Shown here: one piece after another, positions 12,428-24,230 of the stretch
How the letters are laid out: the number at the start of each line of letters is the position of its first letter
Position numbering within the stretch: position 1 is the first letter of the stretch
Source of the DNA: the human T2T-CHM13v2.0 reference genome, Homo sapiens
DNA length: 64,000 bases
Strand: one strand, 5' to 3'
Assembly: GCF_009914755.1 (NCBI RefSeq)
Contig: NC_060936.1
Program-made: the position numbers and the translations under genes
Notes under the pieces: model-generated
Database searches by the model: none
The model's input: the letters and a program-made list of their open reading frames with translations, nothing else
What the model was told of the DNA's origin: nothing

Positions 12428-13729
12428 CCCAGGTACTTCAGCTCAAAGACATTTGCTGTAGCCAGGCGGGGGTATAAAGCCTTTTCTGTTTGTTTAGGGA
12501 CTGGCTGAGGTGTCTGGCTTGGGGGAACACTGGATGATCAGAGGCCACATGTGGAATTGGCAATCCGCTGGTCCCCCACAAATGTACAGTGGGTGCTGGT
12601 GAGGCTGCATATATAAACAGCTGTGAAGGCCAGTCAGTGAAAGTGAAACTTGTATCTTTTCACCTTGGCACTGGCTGCTTGGCTCCCTGCTTATACACTG
12701 TGTATGTATCTCCCATACCTGAATACATTCTAGGGGTGGATATTTTACACAGCTTGGCACTGTGATGTCTATCACAGACTTGACGGACCGCTTGACAGAA
12801 CTGGGACAGTACCATTATGTGATGGACTTGGCTAATGCATTCTTTACAAGAGAGCCAGGAACAGTTTGCCTTCATGGGAGGGCGACAATGGACTTTCACA
12901 GTGTTGTTGCAGGGCTATGTGCACATGGCCCCACCATACATCGTGGTCTTGTTGATGACGTTATATTAACCTCTGATTCTCTTGCAGATTTAGAAGCAGC
13001 AACACCCCTCTTGCCTGGGATTGGGATGATGCAGCTAAGACCACCTTCCTGGCAGCAAGTGGGCTATTCAGCAGGCACAAGCCCTATGGGTAGTTGACCA
13101 GGGGCACCCATTTGAATTGGATGGGCATGTGACCAAGACGGTTTTGGCTGGGGCCTCTGGCAGCACACAGAGCACTTTAGAATGCAAGTAGGCTTTTGGT
13201 CCCAACTACAGAAGGGAGCTGAGCTCTAGTATATCTTGATAGAGAAAGAGCTAGCAGCTGTATATGCTGCCCTTCAGGCTCATGAGAGCGTGACAGCATG
13301 GGCTACGGTTGTCATGTGGATGACTTACCAGATAGCAGGATGGGTGTGCTCATGGATAATGATCCCCAAGACTGGGACAGTGCAGACATCCACTTTAGCA
13401 AAGTGGGGCACCTACTTAGAGCAGCAGAGTACACTCAGTCCAAGTCCCTTAGCAGCAGAGCTGCAAGAGGTCTTGGGACCTGTAGTCCTAATGCAAGATA
13501 AGGCCAAGGGGCCTGAGACACCCCTAGACCCTGAGCCATCACCATTTAAGGAAGGGTATCCTCAATTCCTAACATGGCATGGTATACAAATGGGTCTAGC
13601 TGAGGTGCTAGTGCTGCCTGGACCACTGTCGCAGTCCAACCTAGTACTGACACCATATGGTTTGAAACTGGATGTGGACAAAGTAGCCAATTGGATGAAC
13701 TTAGAGCAATATGGGTGGTGATCACCAAG

Positions 13730-14374
13730 TGTTGGGGTGATCAGACCCAACACTAGGCCTTGGAGGCTACGAAGTCTGGCAGAGTCAAAGGAATGAGAAA
13801 AGACAAGAGTGAAAGTGGGACCAGGGGGCCAACACTAGTATGGAGGCTGCAAAGGCCCTGAGCTCTGGAAGCCTGCACTATTTATTGGTGATCAAACAAA
13901 GAAACAGGTGGTGAGGATGTGGGGGTTGAAAGGTAGCGGTGCATCAACGTGTGACTTATAGCTGTGACAGTTTAGCATTTTCTTTGAAGCATATGGAACA
14001 CGTTCTGCTACTTGAAATGACAGGAAACATGTTCTTCTAGTTTAGGATACAATCGTTCTAGGAGCCTGGGAATGCTAGAAGCAAGGAGCCAGCAAGTCTA
14101 GACACATTCCAGAGGCCACAGGGGTGGGGGGGTGGGGGGTGGTTTATGCCCTGAGCCCTGGATTCCATCCAAGCCATGAGGGGTTTTATACCCTGGGCTT
14201 AGATTGTGGTGCGGCAGGGCAGCCTTCCACCCTTTGGCACAGAGCTTGGTGTCCCAAAGACCATGAGGGGTTTTAGACCCTGGACCCCGGATATGTTCCA
14301 AGACTCTTTTACATTATGTCAGACATGCAAGCCCTGCCTCAGCTCTTTCCCCAACACTCAGCTTTTCCCCAACA
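13730..14374 (-). mobile_element. Solo LTR14 (LTR14C-like, class II HERV-K14 group) nested in ERVL pol
   Basis: Minus strand starts TGTTGGGGAAAAGCTGAGTGTTGGGGAAAGAGCTGAGGCAGGGCTTGCATGTCTG and ends GATCACCCCAACA. Exact TSD CCAAG at 13725-13729 and 14375-14379. Confidence 0.9.
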
Positions 14375-14916
14375 CCAAGGAGGTGACACCTATGGTAATC
14401 TGCACCAATAGCTGGGCAGTTTATCAAGGCTTAACCTTGGGGTTAACTACCTGGAAGTTACAGAATTGGCTAGTTGGCCACCAGTCCAAGTAGGGCTGTA
14501 TTTCAAGGTTGGACCTGGTGCTCCAAACCTTAAATAAGCTGCCACGGAAAGGTAGCTGGCCCTGGGGAAAGCACTGTTGCACCAGGCCACCACCCCCTTT
14601 CAGTTACAGATACACACCAAGGATAACCTTCTCCAATCAGGTATGGAGACAAATGGTAATGTTACCTGTCCCCTGGCTGACCCATAGCTTCCGTGATGGA
14701 TGGGGCTGGTTAGTAGGAGAGCATGTGGTACCCCCACCACAGACACCCCAAAGTATAAAGCAACCCTGGGGTAACATCACCATGGGCTTGTTGCCTGCCA
14801 TAACCTGGAGTTGTTGCTTCCTGTATTACCGCACTGGCCTCTGCGTCCAGGGTTCTGCCCTGTGAGCATGTGTCCCCACTAGAAGAACTCCCTCAGCCTA
14901 GGGGTTAGAACGTAAA

Positions 14917-15453
14917 GCCTATATGTCAGAACTGTGTGTCCAGGGCCTGTGTGCCAAGCCTGTGTATCAGGCCTGTGTGACCAGATTTATGTAGCAGGCT
15001 TATGTGTCAAGCTTGTGTGTTGGGCCTGTGTGCCCAGAGGCTAATGTATATGTCAAGTCTGTGTGCCTAGAGCTTATGTATAAAGCCTATGTGTCAGGCC
15101 TGTGTGTCCGAGGCCTGTGTGCTCAGAGCCTATGTATAAGGCCTATGTGTCAGACCTGTGTGTCTGGGGCCTGTGTGCCAAGCCTGTGTATCAGGTCTGC
15201 GTGCCCAGACTTATGTATCAGGCTTATGTGTCAAGCTTGTGTGTTGGGCCTGTGTGCCCAGAGGCTTATGTATGTTTCAGGCCTGTGTGCCTAGAGCCTA
15301 TGTATAAAGCCTGTGTATTGGACCTGTGTGTCCAGGGCCTGTATGCCCAGAGCCTATGTCTCAGGCTTATGTGTCAAGCCTGTGTTGGGCCTGTATGCTC
15401 AAAACCTATGTATCAGGCCTATATGTCAGACCTGTGGATCCAAGGCCTATGTC
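14917..15453. repeat. Degenerate 14-16 bp minisatellite (gcctgtgtgtcagg-like) upstream of the ERVL 3' LTR
   Basis: Many gcct(g/a)tgt(g/a)(t/c)cag units. A roughly 60 bp block recurs at 14981 and 15205. Confidence 0.95.
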
Positions 15454-15475
15454 TCCCTCGGCCTAGTGGGTGGAG

Positions 15476-15999
15476 TGTAAGGAAAATGGATGTGCTGTGG
15501 GTCAAGAACAGGCCAAAGTAAACATCCATTTAAACATGACTCAGTGAGTTTGCAGTGCAGGTGCACAACTCTGTTCATTACAAAACCTATTTATGTAAGC
15601 TCATACTTGGCTCTGAGCCACTATTGTCTGTAAATGGTATAACTGTCCTGCTGATACTGTGCATGGGGCTCACACCCAGAGAGAGTGAGTAAAGCTGCTG
15701 ACCCTGTCAGGGAGAGCCGGCTGCCTTGCAGGCAGACAGGGGGGATCCAGGAACCAGCAAGTACACCAGGGAGTACAGTACAGATGTGGGAGAAGCAGGA
15801 GCCACAGAGCCAGGTGCTGAGAGGGGCTACAGCTAGAGTGGGCAGCCAAGACAAAGGTAGATGGAGAGAGAGAAAGAGCACAATAAAACCATATTTCATC
15901 TGCCTACGCCCCCCCAAGTGTTCTTTCAGCTACCCACTACCCATCCACCCTCTTCTCTCACACCTCAGCTTGGGCTGGAACCTGACACTTGGCATGACA
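15476..15999 (+). mobile_element. 3' LTR of the ERVL provirus (LTR32/LTR18-like)
   Basis: Preceded by purine-rich gtgggtggag. Starts tgtaaggaaaatggatgtgctgtgg, contains TGACTCA (15537-15543) and AATAAA, and ends ggcatgaca. Confidence 0.85.
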
Positions 16000-18900
16000 A
16001 CATCATATTTGATGCGAGCCTGACAATAGAGGTACCCTGAAAAGAGGGCACCTCAGGGAATGTTTAAAGTGCAACCATTCCTCCTTATAGCCATCATTTC
16101 ACCATGATCTATGTCATACCAAATAACATGAACTCTATCCACAGGAAATCTATCTACGGGAACCACTGGCTCCCTGAGTGTTGCAGGGAACCAGGAGAAG
16201 TTTTCAGGTTTGAAGAGAAAAGGATTGTGTAGTAAGCAAATAGAGGAGATTATGGGAATGAGGGTGAGCAGGTAAAACATTCTTCTGATTTTAACAAGGA
16301 AATTAATAACCATACCCATTAAACATTTAGGGTTTTCAGCAATATATCCTATTGCAAGGAAAGTAAGAATGAGAGTTATTTCAGGATTCCTGAGGACTGG
16401 CCTGATTCAATGTCTGGAAGAATAGCTACTTTGGTCATTGCTCTGAAGGCCAGCTGAGCCTTGGCTGTTTTTCAGGATCACAGGTGAGTGGTAAAGACCA
16501 GTTCAGAGGCTCAGCTGTGGTCAGGATATGGCCAGGCACCCATTTTAGGTGTGAGATGTGAATCCAAGAAGCAACTCCCTTTAATTTTGCAGCACAAGAG
16601 TTACTTAAAAGTACCATCCTTTCCAGTGGGGTTATAGGGAGTCTTTCAGTTGGTGTATTTTCCAGTATACAAAGTCACCTGGTTATAGTCTGTGATCTTT
16701 GGAGTCTTCTGCCTCTGGGAACTCCCTGCAGAAAGACTCTGTTACCAGCTTTGTATTGTTTTTTAAAGTTTTCAGAAGTCCCTGGCAGTAATACTTCTTC
16801 TTTGAGTAAGGCTGGCTCCCACAAGCCCTTGTCCAGCCTCGTGGGTATTTCTGTTATTATTTCATAAAGTAATAAACAATGTTTTCCAAAAAGAGTGTAT
16901 ATAAGATTAAGCAATGCCAGGGGGAGAACTTATGGCTGAGGGAGGTTAGAAGCCTCCATTAACTTAGCTAATTGAGTTTTTATTGTGCCGTTTGTCTTTC
17001 TACCAATCTGGAGGATTGAAGATGATAGGCACAATAGAAGTGTTGTATTATGGGCCAGATTTTGCAAATGGATTGAACAACTTGTCCAATAAAATGAGTC
17101 CCACAATTACTATGTAGCTCAGAAGGGATTCCTCAAATAGGAATGATTCTAATAATATGTTGCTTATCATTAAGGCAGAAGCCTCCTCTGACAAGGAAAT
17201 GCTTCTACCCAATGAGAAAACATACAAACCAAGAACAACACATATTTATAATTTTGAGACAGCAGCATCTGGATGAAATCCAATTGCCATACTTTAAATT
17301 GTCCTGCTGACAAAGGAAAATGACTGTGGAAGCCATGTAAGGGCTTGCCAGGGTGATGTTCTGAACATGTGGCACATTGAGAGTATACCTTTTAGACTAT
17401 TGTAAAAGATGGTTTCCAGAAATATTGTTTTCCCCATAATATCATTTTCTCAGGGGCCCGATGAGTCATTTCATGAATAAATTAAAAGAGAGGTAATTGT
17501 GCACCTATAGGAACTATGGGGTTTTTTTGTTAGCACCTACCAACAATTCTCTATTTGGGTCAAATACACCTCCCCTTTCCTGCCAGATGTGTTTATCTCA
17601 AGGGGTTAATGCCTGTTGGTATTGTAAAAGAAAATTAGTGAGGGAGAGCATTGGCAGGGCAAAGGATACATTCTCATATAGAACAGGCCATCTTTCTAAG
17701 GTAGCATTCTTTGCTGCAGCATGAGCTGGATTATCTCCCTTTACTTCTTCAATGTTATCTTTTGAACGCCCAGGAATTTTTATGAGTGGAAACTGCTTTG
17801 GCATTTGATTTGCTTCTAAGAGCTCCAAGATTTGGTGCCTGTTTTGCATAGATTTCCACAATATGGTGAGAAATCACCTCTGTTTCCATTGCATGACAAA
17901 ATCATGGGCTACTCCAAAAGCATAAAGGCTATCAGTGTATATCTTTCTCACCTTTTCTTCAGCCAACTGCAAAGCCCTTGTTAATACTATTAATTCAGCC
18001 AGGAACTGAATTAGGAAGCTGACGTTACTCCTTGGAATTGAGTGTTTTCAATTATGTCCACCAAGGAAGTGATGGTGTGTCCTCCTCAATAATACCCTTG
18101 ATCATCCCTTAAATAAGAACCATCTGTGAACCAAATTAAGTTAGCATTCTTGACAGAAGTTTCCTATAAATCTTCCCTAGGGGTGAGTAAGATATCAGTA
18201 GACTGCTGTGGTGTTTTTCTTCTCACTGTTCATCTGCAAGAGGGAGCAGGTTAGCAGGGTTAAGAGTGTTACAGCCCTTAAAAGAGAAGTTAGGGGCACA
18301 AAGCAAGAGCACCTCATAAGAGGCAAGGTAGCTCACGGAATAGTGTTGAGTGTGATGAGAATTTAGGAGATATTCCACAGAATGGGGGACATAGGTGGTT
18401 AGCAGGGACCTAGGGCAAATTCTTCAACATTCATACATAAAATTGTCCTGGCCACAACGGATATGACCCTCATGAAAGGGGTTGTCCTCTTGCTACTGGA
18501 TCTAATTGTTGCCTGAAATAACCACTTGGACTATGATTGTCATCTGTTTTTGAGTTAATCCTCCTAGAGTATTTCCATTTATTTTATGTACAAAAAGGAA
18601 AAGGGAAGACTGTAGCTGGGATGACCTAAAGCAACTACTTGGGAAAGAACCTGTTTTAAATCCTCTGTGTCTTGTTTTTCGCTTTCTTCCCAGAAGATTG
18701 GGTCTGGTTGTGTCTGTTTCAGTGTTTTATTTAAGAGCTGAGACATTAATTAGTAATTTGAAATTGAACTTCTGCAATAGCCTGTTAACCCTAAGAACCC
18801 TCCTAATTGTCTTTTTGTTTTGGGCATGGTAAAGGTCATGATGGCAGAGATTCTCTCAGGGTTTATTAGTAGTCCCCTCAGGGAATTCATATGTCCTAAC

Positions 18901-20925
18901 TACTTAACTTGAAACAAACAAAATTATAATTTATCTGTGGACTTTTTGTCCTTTCAGAGCAAGCTGTTGTAACAGGTGGACAGTGTCTTCTCTGCATTTT
19001 GTCAGCGGGGATGAACACAACAAACCATCTATATACTGAATTAAGTTAGATCCATTTGGAAATTCAGTGTCATCTAAATCTGCCTTTAATATTTGAGAAA
19101 AATAGGTAGGACTCATGGAATAGCCCTTGGGGCAGACCATCTGTGTATATTGGTGATCTGCCCAAGTAAAGGCAAAAAGATACTGGCTATTCTGCTCTAC
19201 AGGTGTACTGAAGAAAGTGCTGCATAAGTCAATGACAGAGAAGTGGCTGGTGGTAATAGGAATATTGGACAGAAAGATGTTGAGGGTAGGAACAACAGGA
19301 TGTCTAGGGTTGTTTTATTTATAGGTCTTTGGGCCTGAATGAATCTCCAGCCTTTTCTATTTGGCTTTTTAGGTGGGAGGATTGGTGTACTGCAAGGGCT
19401 GATGCAAGGAATTATGAGTCCTTTGTCTAAATAGTCCTGAATGATTGGGTTGACTCCCAGTAAAGCTTTATATTGAAGGGGATATTGCTTAATGTTTGGC
19501 AGAGGCTTATATTTATCTATGGTTATTTCTAGAGGAACTACTGACATAATTATTTTGATATCTGGCCCATGAAGAATCTGGTACTTTGGATAAGAAAGGC
19601 TCTAATTATCACTTCAAATTCTTGATTAACTTTAGCAAGTATAATATTACCTGTGGGTTTTTGTAAGTCTTCTGTGTCTCCCAAATTGAGGATCATTTCT
19701 CCCTTCTCTGAAAATGAGATGTGGATATTACAGGTCTTCAGAAAATCCCATCCCAGCAGATGTATGGGGGCACTATCTACTATAAGAAAAACATGATGCC
19801 CTATTCATTTTCCTAATTAAAATTGAAGAGGGCTTGATTTAAAAGTTATAACTGGAGACTTTGAAACCCCTACTATTTCGACTATCTTTATTCCAAAGAA
19901 GAGGGCTTTGCATTAAGGTAGGGTTAAGGACTGAAAGCGTAGCACCAGTGTCAACAAGGGCTCTGGCATTTTCCCCGTTTATGGATATTTTAACTTCCCT
20001 TAAAGTATTTGTTAGAAGTAGAGGGGAAACCCTCTATATTCCCTTAGATCATCCCTCAACTCCCTTGAGTTTTTGTGGTGCCTTCCTCTGGGGCCTTCTG
20101 CCTCCTTTGCACAAACACTCATTTAAGTTTTTTGCAATCCTTTTTAAGATGTCTTGGGTTTTTTTTTTTGTTTGCTTTGTTTTGTTTTTGTTTATTTTGG
20201 CAATAGTACACAATTGCTTCCTCTTTGGATTGCTGGAAACTCTGAGGGGAATGAAACCCTTGTGATGTCTCAGTTTGGTACTAAGTTATCTTAGTTGTAA
20301 ACTCAATCTTAGAGGCTGTCTCCTTTTCCTTCTCAATGATCATTTATGACAACTGGTCAGCAAGGGTGACAAGGTAGTCAGTGGGCACAGAAGCTCAAGC
20401 CATATTGTTTCTCTTTATCAAGGTCATTAACTCATCATCTAAGCTTTACACAAATCCAGAACTTAGCAAGATGTCACTTCTACCATGCTTAAAGTTTTCA
20501 GGAAGTATCCCTGAATGTCATTTAGATGTTTCTTCAAACCTAATGTCATAGTCAGGTATGGTTTCATTTGGGTGTATTTTACATTATTGTACCTTTGTCC
20601 AATCTGTAACTTTAGAAAATATCTGTGGTAAATTCTCAAAGAGGCAGATGCAAAGCTCCCCCTGCACTTCTCTCTCTTCATTTTTATCTATTTTGTCAAA
20701 ATTTTCTAAAGGCTATTTCAACCCACAGCCCTAAGCCACTTTTTGGCTTTTTTTTGGGGACCAATCACTCAATTAGCTGATAAAGGTCAGAAAACTCTGG
20801 ATCATAGGTCTTATGCATTAATTGGAATTCTTTGGTAAACCTGAAGGGATCTTGGGTCGGGTTGGGGAATCCAGATAGCTGGGATCTTAACTCTAATTTG
20901 GTCCCTTGTTTATACAATATGTTAG

Positions 20926-22028
20926 TGTTACAGCCTGATAGTTTCTTCTTACTCATGGCTCCAAAAATGCCAATACATGGAGAATAGCAGGCGTTGCAGC
21001 AGAGAAAGAGTTTAGGGCCATCCAAGCAAGGAGGCAGGAGATATTTCTCAAATCTACCTCCAGGGAACTGAAACAATTCATTGGCTGGGGGTAAAGTCAT
21101 AGGGGTATCAGAAATGCAGGTGAATCAGTTCCAGAAGGGGGGTTGCAGGATCCACTGAATCAGTTCCTTGGTATGGGTCACATGTCCAGGTGGCATCTCT
21201 TGCTCTGCCAAAATGCTAAATCAGAAAAACATCTCAAAGACCAGTTCTTTAGGTCTCACATTAATGATATTATCTATAGAAGCAGTTGGGAAAGTTGTAA
21301 ATTTTGTGACCTCCAGTTATGTGACTCAGGGGCAGTAAGCAATTATATAAAAGCAAATTTGTGTTAGGCCATTCTTGCAATGATATAAAGAAATACCTGA
21401 GACTGGGTAATTTATAAAGAAAATAGGTTTAATGTGCTTACAGTTCTGCAGGGGGTACAGGAAGCACAGCCCTGGCATCTGCTTTTGGAGAGGGCTCTGG
21501 AAGCTTACAACCATGGCAGAAGGCAAAGCAGAAGCTTACATGTCACATGGCAAAAGTAGGAGCAAGAAAGAGGTCCGGGGGTTGCCACACACTCTTAAAC
21601 AACCAAATCTTGCAAGAATCCACTCACTATCACAAGGATGGCACCAAAGGAATGGTGCTAAACTACTCATGAGGAATCCACCCTCATGATCCAATCACCT
21701 CCCACCAAGCCCCACCTCCAACAATGGTGATTACATTTCAACATGATTGGGCAGGGACAAGTATCCAAACTATATCGCAAGTTAAGCAAGGAATAAATGG
21801 TTACTGTTTAACTGTGCCTATTCTTTAGTAAAGTTCAGGCCCCTACCATAATTCTTAACCTTGTAGTCTTTTATTTGTCATTATAATACAGTTCCAAACT
21901 TTGAACAGGAGGAGGTTAGTTCAAGGAATGGGCAAGAATGAGCAAAAGCAATTTAAGGGTAGAAGCAAAATGGAGTTTAGTTATGTTAGATTTCCCTTAT
22001 TACAATAATTCTTGCAGAAGCAGTTTCA
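20926..22028 (-). mobile_element. Solo ERV1 LTR (LOR1-like) nested in gag
   Basis: tgttacagc...gttgcagcagagaaagagttt...gcagtttca. Exact TSD TTAG at 20922-20925 and 22029-22032. Confidence 0.8.
21360..21777 (-). mobile_element. MaLR LTR (MSTA/MSTB-like) nested in the LOR1-like LTR
   Basis: tgtgttaggccattcttgc...aaagaaatacctgagactgggtaatttataaag...tatccaaactatatc. Confidence 0.9.
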
Positions 22029-22173
22029 TTAGGAGCCCTTTTCCTGGTGGGTTTTATTCTAAAAGGTGCAAATACTATTTTATTGTCTCCTCTAGTTATT
22101 TCTGGCCACTTTGTAGTTTGAAGTGAGGGAATAGGGGAAGGAGGAGAAGGAAAAATGAAATAGTCTAGACAAG

Positions 22174-22555
22174 TGCATCAGTCCATTCTCACACTGCTAT
22201 AAAGAAATACTTGACACTGGGTAATTTATAAAGAAAAGAGGTTTAATTGGCTCACAGTTCCATAGGCTGTATGGGAACCATGGCCAAGAGTGCCTCAGGA
22301 AACTTACAATCATGATGGAAGGTAAAGGGAAAGCAGGCACATCTTACATGAAAGGAGCAGAAGGAAGGGGTTGGAGAGGTACCACATACTTTTAAACAAC
22401 CAGATATCATGAGAACTCACTCACTATTATGAGTATAGCACCAAAGAGGAAATATGCCCCCATGATCTAATCGCCTCCCACCAGGACCCACCTCTAACAA
22501 TGGGGATTACAATCTGACATGAGATTTGCCTGGGGACACAGAACAAACCATATCA
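22174..22555 (-). mobile_element. MaLR LTR (THE1D/MSTA-like) nested in gag
   Basis: Typical THE1/MST body. Exact TSD ACAAG at 22169-22173 and 22556-22560. Confidence 0.92.
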
Positions 22556-23663
22556 ACAAGAAATTTCAGAGAGCAAAGGATTAGGAGGAATAGAAAAAGA
22601 GACAGTTTTTGGAGCCTCTCTCATTTCAGAAGTGGCTTATGTTAGTGTCTTCAATTCTGAGATGGTCTTAAATACTTTCTTATTAACTTCCTAAGGGGAG
22701 GCAAGTTTATCATTCCCTCTTTTGGATCATTCTAGGTGCCAGCTAAAGTATGACTCTCATTTATTTTCCTTGATTCAGCAGCCTAATTGCTCTAATTTAG
22801 CATGCAAGAAAATTAATTTGGAAATATCAAAAGTTCTTCATTTTGGAACCGTTAGAACTGGTCATTCTTAATAAGATCTTCCCATTTACACAAGCACTTT
22901 CAAGTAGAAGCACCATAATTATCAAACATAAAACCAGATTGAGTCTCCAAAGGGAATAGCCCTCCTTTCGTTTCCTCTTTTATAGGGGATTTGTTTCCCA
23001 TGTCTCTTTAAAAAGGAAGGACCGGACTGAGGCTTATGATTTAGTTTGGTGGATCAATGTGTGCTGACTGCGGGTAGGACTCCACTGTGTTTCACCGCTG
23101 AATTGTTTCTTCCCTCTTATGTGTCCTAGTTTCTCTCTTTGGAAGTCTATCACCTCCGAAAGGGTGCACAAACTTTCTTTCCATTTATTTTTTGGGGATT
23201 CTCTGTAGGACCACTACATGTCACAGTGAGTCACCCCCAAACACTCTTCCTGGGCCCCCAGTCATCCAGGTGCACCTTTCAGCTAGGCTGAGCAAAATGC
23301 CCCATTCTCTTCAAAGCTAAGGAACTCAGTCTCTCACTCACCTGCAAAAAGGACAGTTTGATCTTTCATGCAAGTACACAGAAAAGCCAATGGAGATTAT
23401 TTGGGAAGGAAAAGGCAACTGGGAAGACCCTTTAAATGCACATCCAAATCAAAATTAGGATCCCAAACAACTTCCTAGGAAAAGAACAGACAGCTCAGAA
23501 TAAGCCAAAAACTTTCAACCAAATGGGAGGTTTGAGGCTCAGAAGAATTCACCACTTCCACCTGAGGAGCTGCTCACATTTAGGAGGGCTTCAATTGGCC
23601 CATGCTTGTACCTTAGTGTCAGGTTCAGGAAACTCCTTTGGGGGGATCTTGAGTTTTTTCTGA

Positions 23664-23682
23664 GCCCCATATTGGGTGGCCA
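23664..23682 (-). promoter_or_regulatory. Primer-binding site, tRNA-Lys-like
   Basis: Minus strand TGGCCACCCAATATGGGGC versus the Lys PBS TGGCGCCCAACGTGGGGC, a few nt from the LTR end. Confidence 0.65.
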
Positions 23683-23687
23683 GGAAT

Positions 23688-24230
23688 TGACAACAGAAAA
23701 ACCAAATTCTGCCAAAATATTTTTAAAGGTTTATTCTGAGCCTATGTGAATGACCATGGCCAAGGGAAACACAGTCTCAGAAGGTCCTGAGAAAGTGTGC
23801 CTAAGGTAGTTGAGTTACAGTTTGGTTTTATACATTTCAGGAAGACAGGCATTGCAGATAAAATCATAAATCAATATATGGAAGGTATATATTGGATCAA
23901 TGTGAAAAGGTGGGACATCTCGAAACAAGGGGCTTTCAAGTCATAATGGGCTTTAGGGATTCTTTAGTTGGCAATTGCTTGAAAGAGTTAAGCTTTGTCT
24001 AAAGACTTGGAGTCAGTATAAAGGAATGCTTAAAGATAAAGAGTTCTGCTATCTGTCATGTGATGCCATACCAGAGTCAGGTTGGAGAGTAAGTCACATT
24101 ATACTGGGTTAATAAAAGAAACAAAACTTGTTTAACAAAATTTTATGGTTTATAAAATATGACTCCCGAGGACCCTTAGAAAATAATTTGGGCAATAGGG
24201 AAAAAAAAAAAGGTCAAAGTTTAGTCCTCA
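23688..24230 (-). mobile_element. 5' LTR of the class I provirus (MER4-group-like)
   Basis: Minus strand starts TGAGGACTAAACTTTGACCTTTTTT...GCCCAAATT and abuts the PBS. Confidence 0.8.

Larger units (their letters stand above)
12428..15475 (+). mobile_element. Class III ERVL internal region (HERVL32/HERVL18-like), pro-pol remnants, 5' half missing
   Basis: Protease-region RPHVELAI.WSPTNVQ near 12541, RT-type YVMDLANAFF (ORF 12762-13097) and RNaseH-connection IEKELAAVYAALQA (ORF 13236-13721). Heavily deleted. Confidence 0.8.
16020..23687 (-). mobile_element. Class I (ERV1, MER4/HEPSI-group-like) provirus internal region: leader-gag-pro-pol-start of env, decayed
   Basis: Gag FPNPTQDPFRFTKEFQL..YDPEFSDLYQL (ORF 20765-21100). 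Protease ALVDTGATLSVLN (about 19925-19975). RT PCISPCSTPILP..KPNRKGWRFIQ and SPTYFSQILKADL..LIQYIDG. RNaseH WFTDGSY (about 18115-18135). Integrase WQLDFIQM...SHWVEAFP (about 17190-17290). Many stops and frameshifts. Confidence 0.9.

Noticed and set aside
14917-15453. Repeat array as a possible CRISPR
   Set aside because: Contiguous degenerate units without unique spacers, in eukaryotic DNA, with no cas genes.
15004-15521. Cys/Val-rich ORFs (96 and 139 aa) resembling metallothionein or keratin-associated proteins
   Set aside because: They are translations of the TG-rich minisatellite, open in more than one frame, with no gene context.
16053-16319. Possible domesticated env (syncytin/HEMO-like)
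   Set aside because: Only an 88-aa stub, truncated by the neighbouring LTR. No furin site, fusion peptide or TM domain is visible.
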